In this document: one piece after another, positions 62,866-64,000 of the stretch
How the letters are laid out: every line of letters starts with the position of its first letter
Position numbering within the stretch: position 1 is the first letter of the stretch
From: Chiloscyllium plagiosum
Lineage: Eukaryota
Assembly (NCBI RefSeq): GCF_004010195.1
Contig: NC_057718.1
Span: forward strand, 80,727,187 to 80,791,186
Direction of reading: 5' to 3'
Length of the DNA: 64,000 nucleotides
The notes under the pieces: model-generated
What the model was told of the DNA's origin: nothing
The model's input: only the letters and a program-made list of their open reading frames with translations
Database searches by the model: none
Made by a program: the position numbers and the translations under genes

Positions 62866-64000
62866 ATTTGGAGAGGATACAATGTGGTAGTCTTATCATG
62901 CATTTGTTGAATAATCAGATTTGGAGGTAACAAAAGCTTGGATGAGGACTTAGCATCAGAAAAGCTGAGGCAGTGACTTACAATGTTACAGAGGTCAAAA
63001 TATGGCAGGAATATGTGCTTGAAAGCTCATCTCAGGGTCAGAAAATGATACTGATGATGTGAACAAGCTAGTTCAGCACCAAGACAGCTGCTAAGGATTG
63101 GAATGAAATTGATGGCAAGGGTATAGAGTTTCTGTTAGAGATGAAAGTCAATGGTTTCAATTTCCCAAATATTTAATTGGAGGAAATTTATACACTGGAT
63201 GCCTGTAAGTTTGTCAGTTTGGAGACACTGAAGCAGCTGAGACAGGTTAGAGTTACATTTTATAGGTATTCATGTAGAAATTGACATTCTGCTTTCAGGT
63301 GATGTTGCCAAGGGGCAGCATGTAGCTGAGAAATTGAAGTAGATCCTTGAGGGACATCAGAGGTAACTACAGGACTGAGATCCAAAGTCATTGATGCCAA
63401 TTCTTTGGTTATGCTAAGAATAACATTGAATGTCATCCTACTCTATTGATAACAGTGGAGCGGCGTTGGAGGAGAATGCTGTGATCAGCAATATCAAAGG
63501 CTGTACATAGTTTGGGTATGACAGAGGGGGCAATTTGCTTTTGTCATTGTCACATAGAATGACAATTTAACCTTTGGTAAGAGTTGTTACAACATGTTGC
63601 AGGAGTGGAAATCTCACTGAAAGGATTTAAACCTAGAGCTCCAGGAAAGATAGTCATTGGTAGGTAGTCATGCATTCAGTCAGAAATTGGATCATCAACC
63701 AATTTTTCTTTTCCCTCGCCCAGAGTATTAAATCCAGCCATAGGAGCTCAAGTGCAGTTAAGAGCCCAGCAAATTCCTGGAAATCAGGTTTTAAGACAGT
63801 TTGAAACGAGAGACAGGCTTTAGCTGAGCCTGAACCTGCTTAATGTCTGTTGCAATGCTAAAAACGTGTCTGTAAAAAGAGTTCAGAGCTATATAATTAA
63901 AGCTGTACAAAAACCAAATGCTTCAGTCATGTGACAGGTCTCTTGGATGAAGCAATTCAACCTGTTTCTCATCAAAGCTTTTGTGTATTATACAAGATAA

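Larger units (their letters stand above)
61620..63680 (-). mobile_element. Old L2-clade LINE, interrupted by a Penelope element
   Basis: Minus strand LCTAFDIADHSILLQR (~63500) and GGCAFRCLGYTFWNCLP (~61720). Confidence 0.65.

Noticed and set aside
1..64000. CRISPR array, operons or other prokaryotic systems
   Set aside because: No regularly spaced repeat-spacer array and no dense ORFs; the sequence is vertebrate intron.

Overview
Eukaryotic, repeat-dense intronic DNA from a cartilaginous fish. The organism is inferred from shark-type HE1/V-SINEs, HER1/CR1 LINEs and Penelope families. The only host coding sequence I can support is two internal exons of PACRG on the + strand (36103-36274, 172 nt; 50232-50381, 150 nt), with canonical AG/GT sites and matching phase. 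The rest is mostly decayed CR1, L2 and RTE LINEs, V-SINEs, Gypsy LTR remnants, Harbinger Myb remnants and a Tc1/mariner-type MITE. The most interesting signal is a set of about 10 Penelope-like pseudo-LTR (pLTR) pieces from at least three families. They carry minimal hammerhead ribozyme motifs (CUGANGA-A-stem II-GAAA-CGUC or GAAA-GCxA). Several are ORF-less 120-230 bp solo or fold-back insertions, two with clear target-site duplications, and their breakpoints cluster at the ribozyme core. Hammerheads in Penelope pLTRs are already known in general, so any novelty lies in these mini-elements. All repeat family names come from pattern recognition, and most repeat boundaries are approximate.
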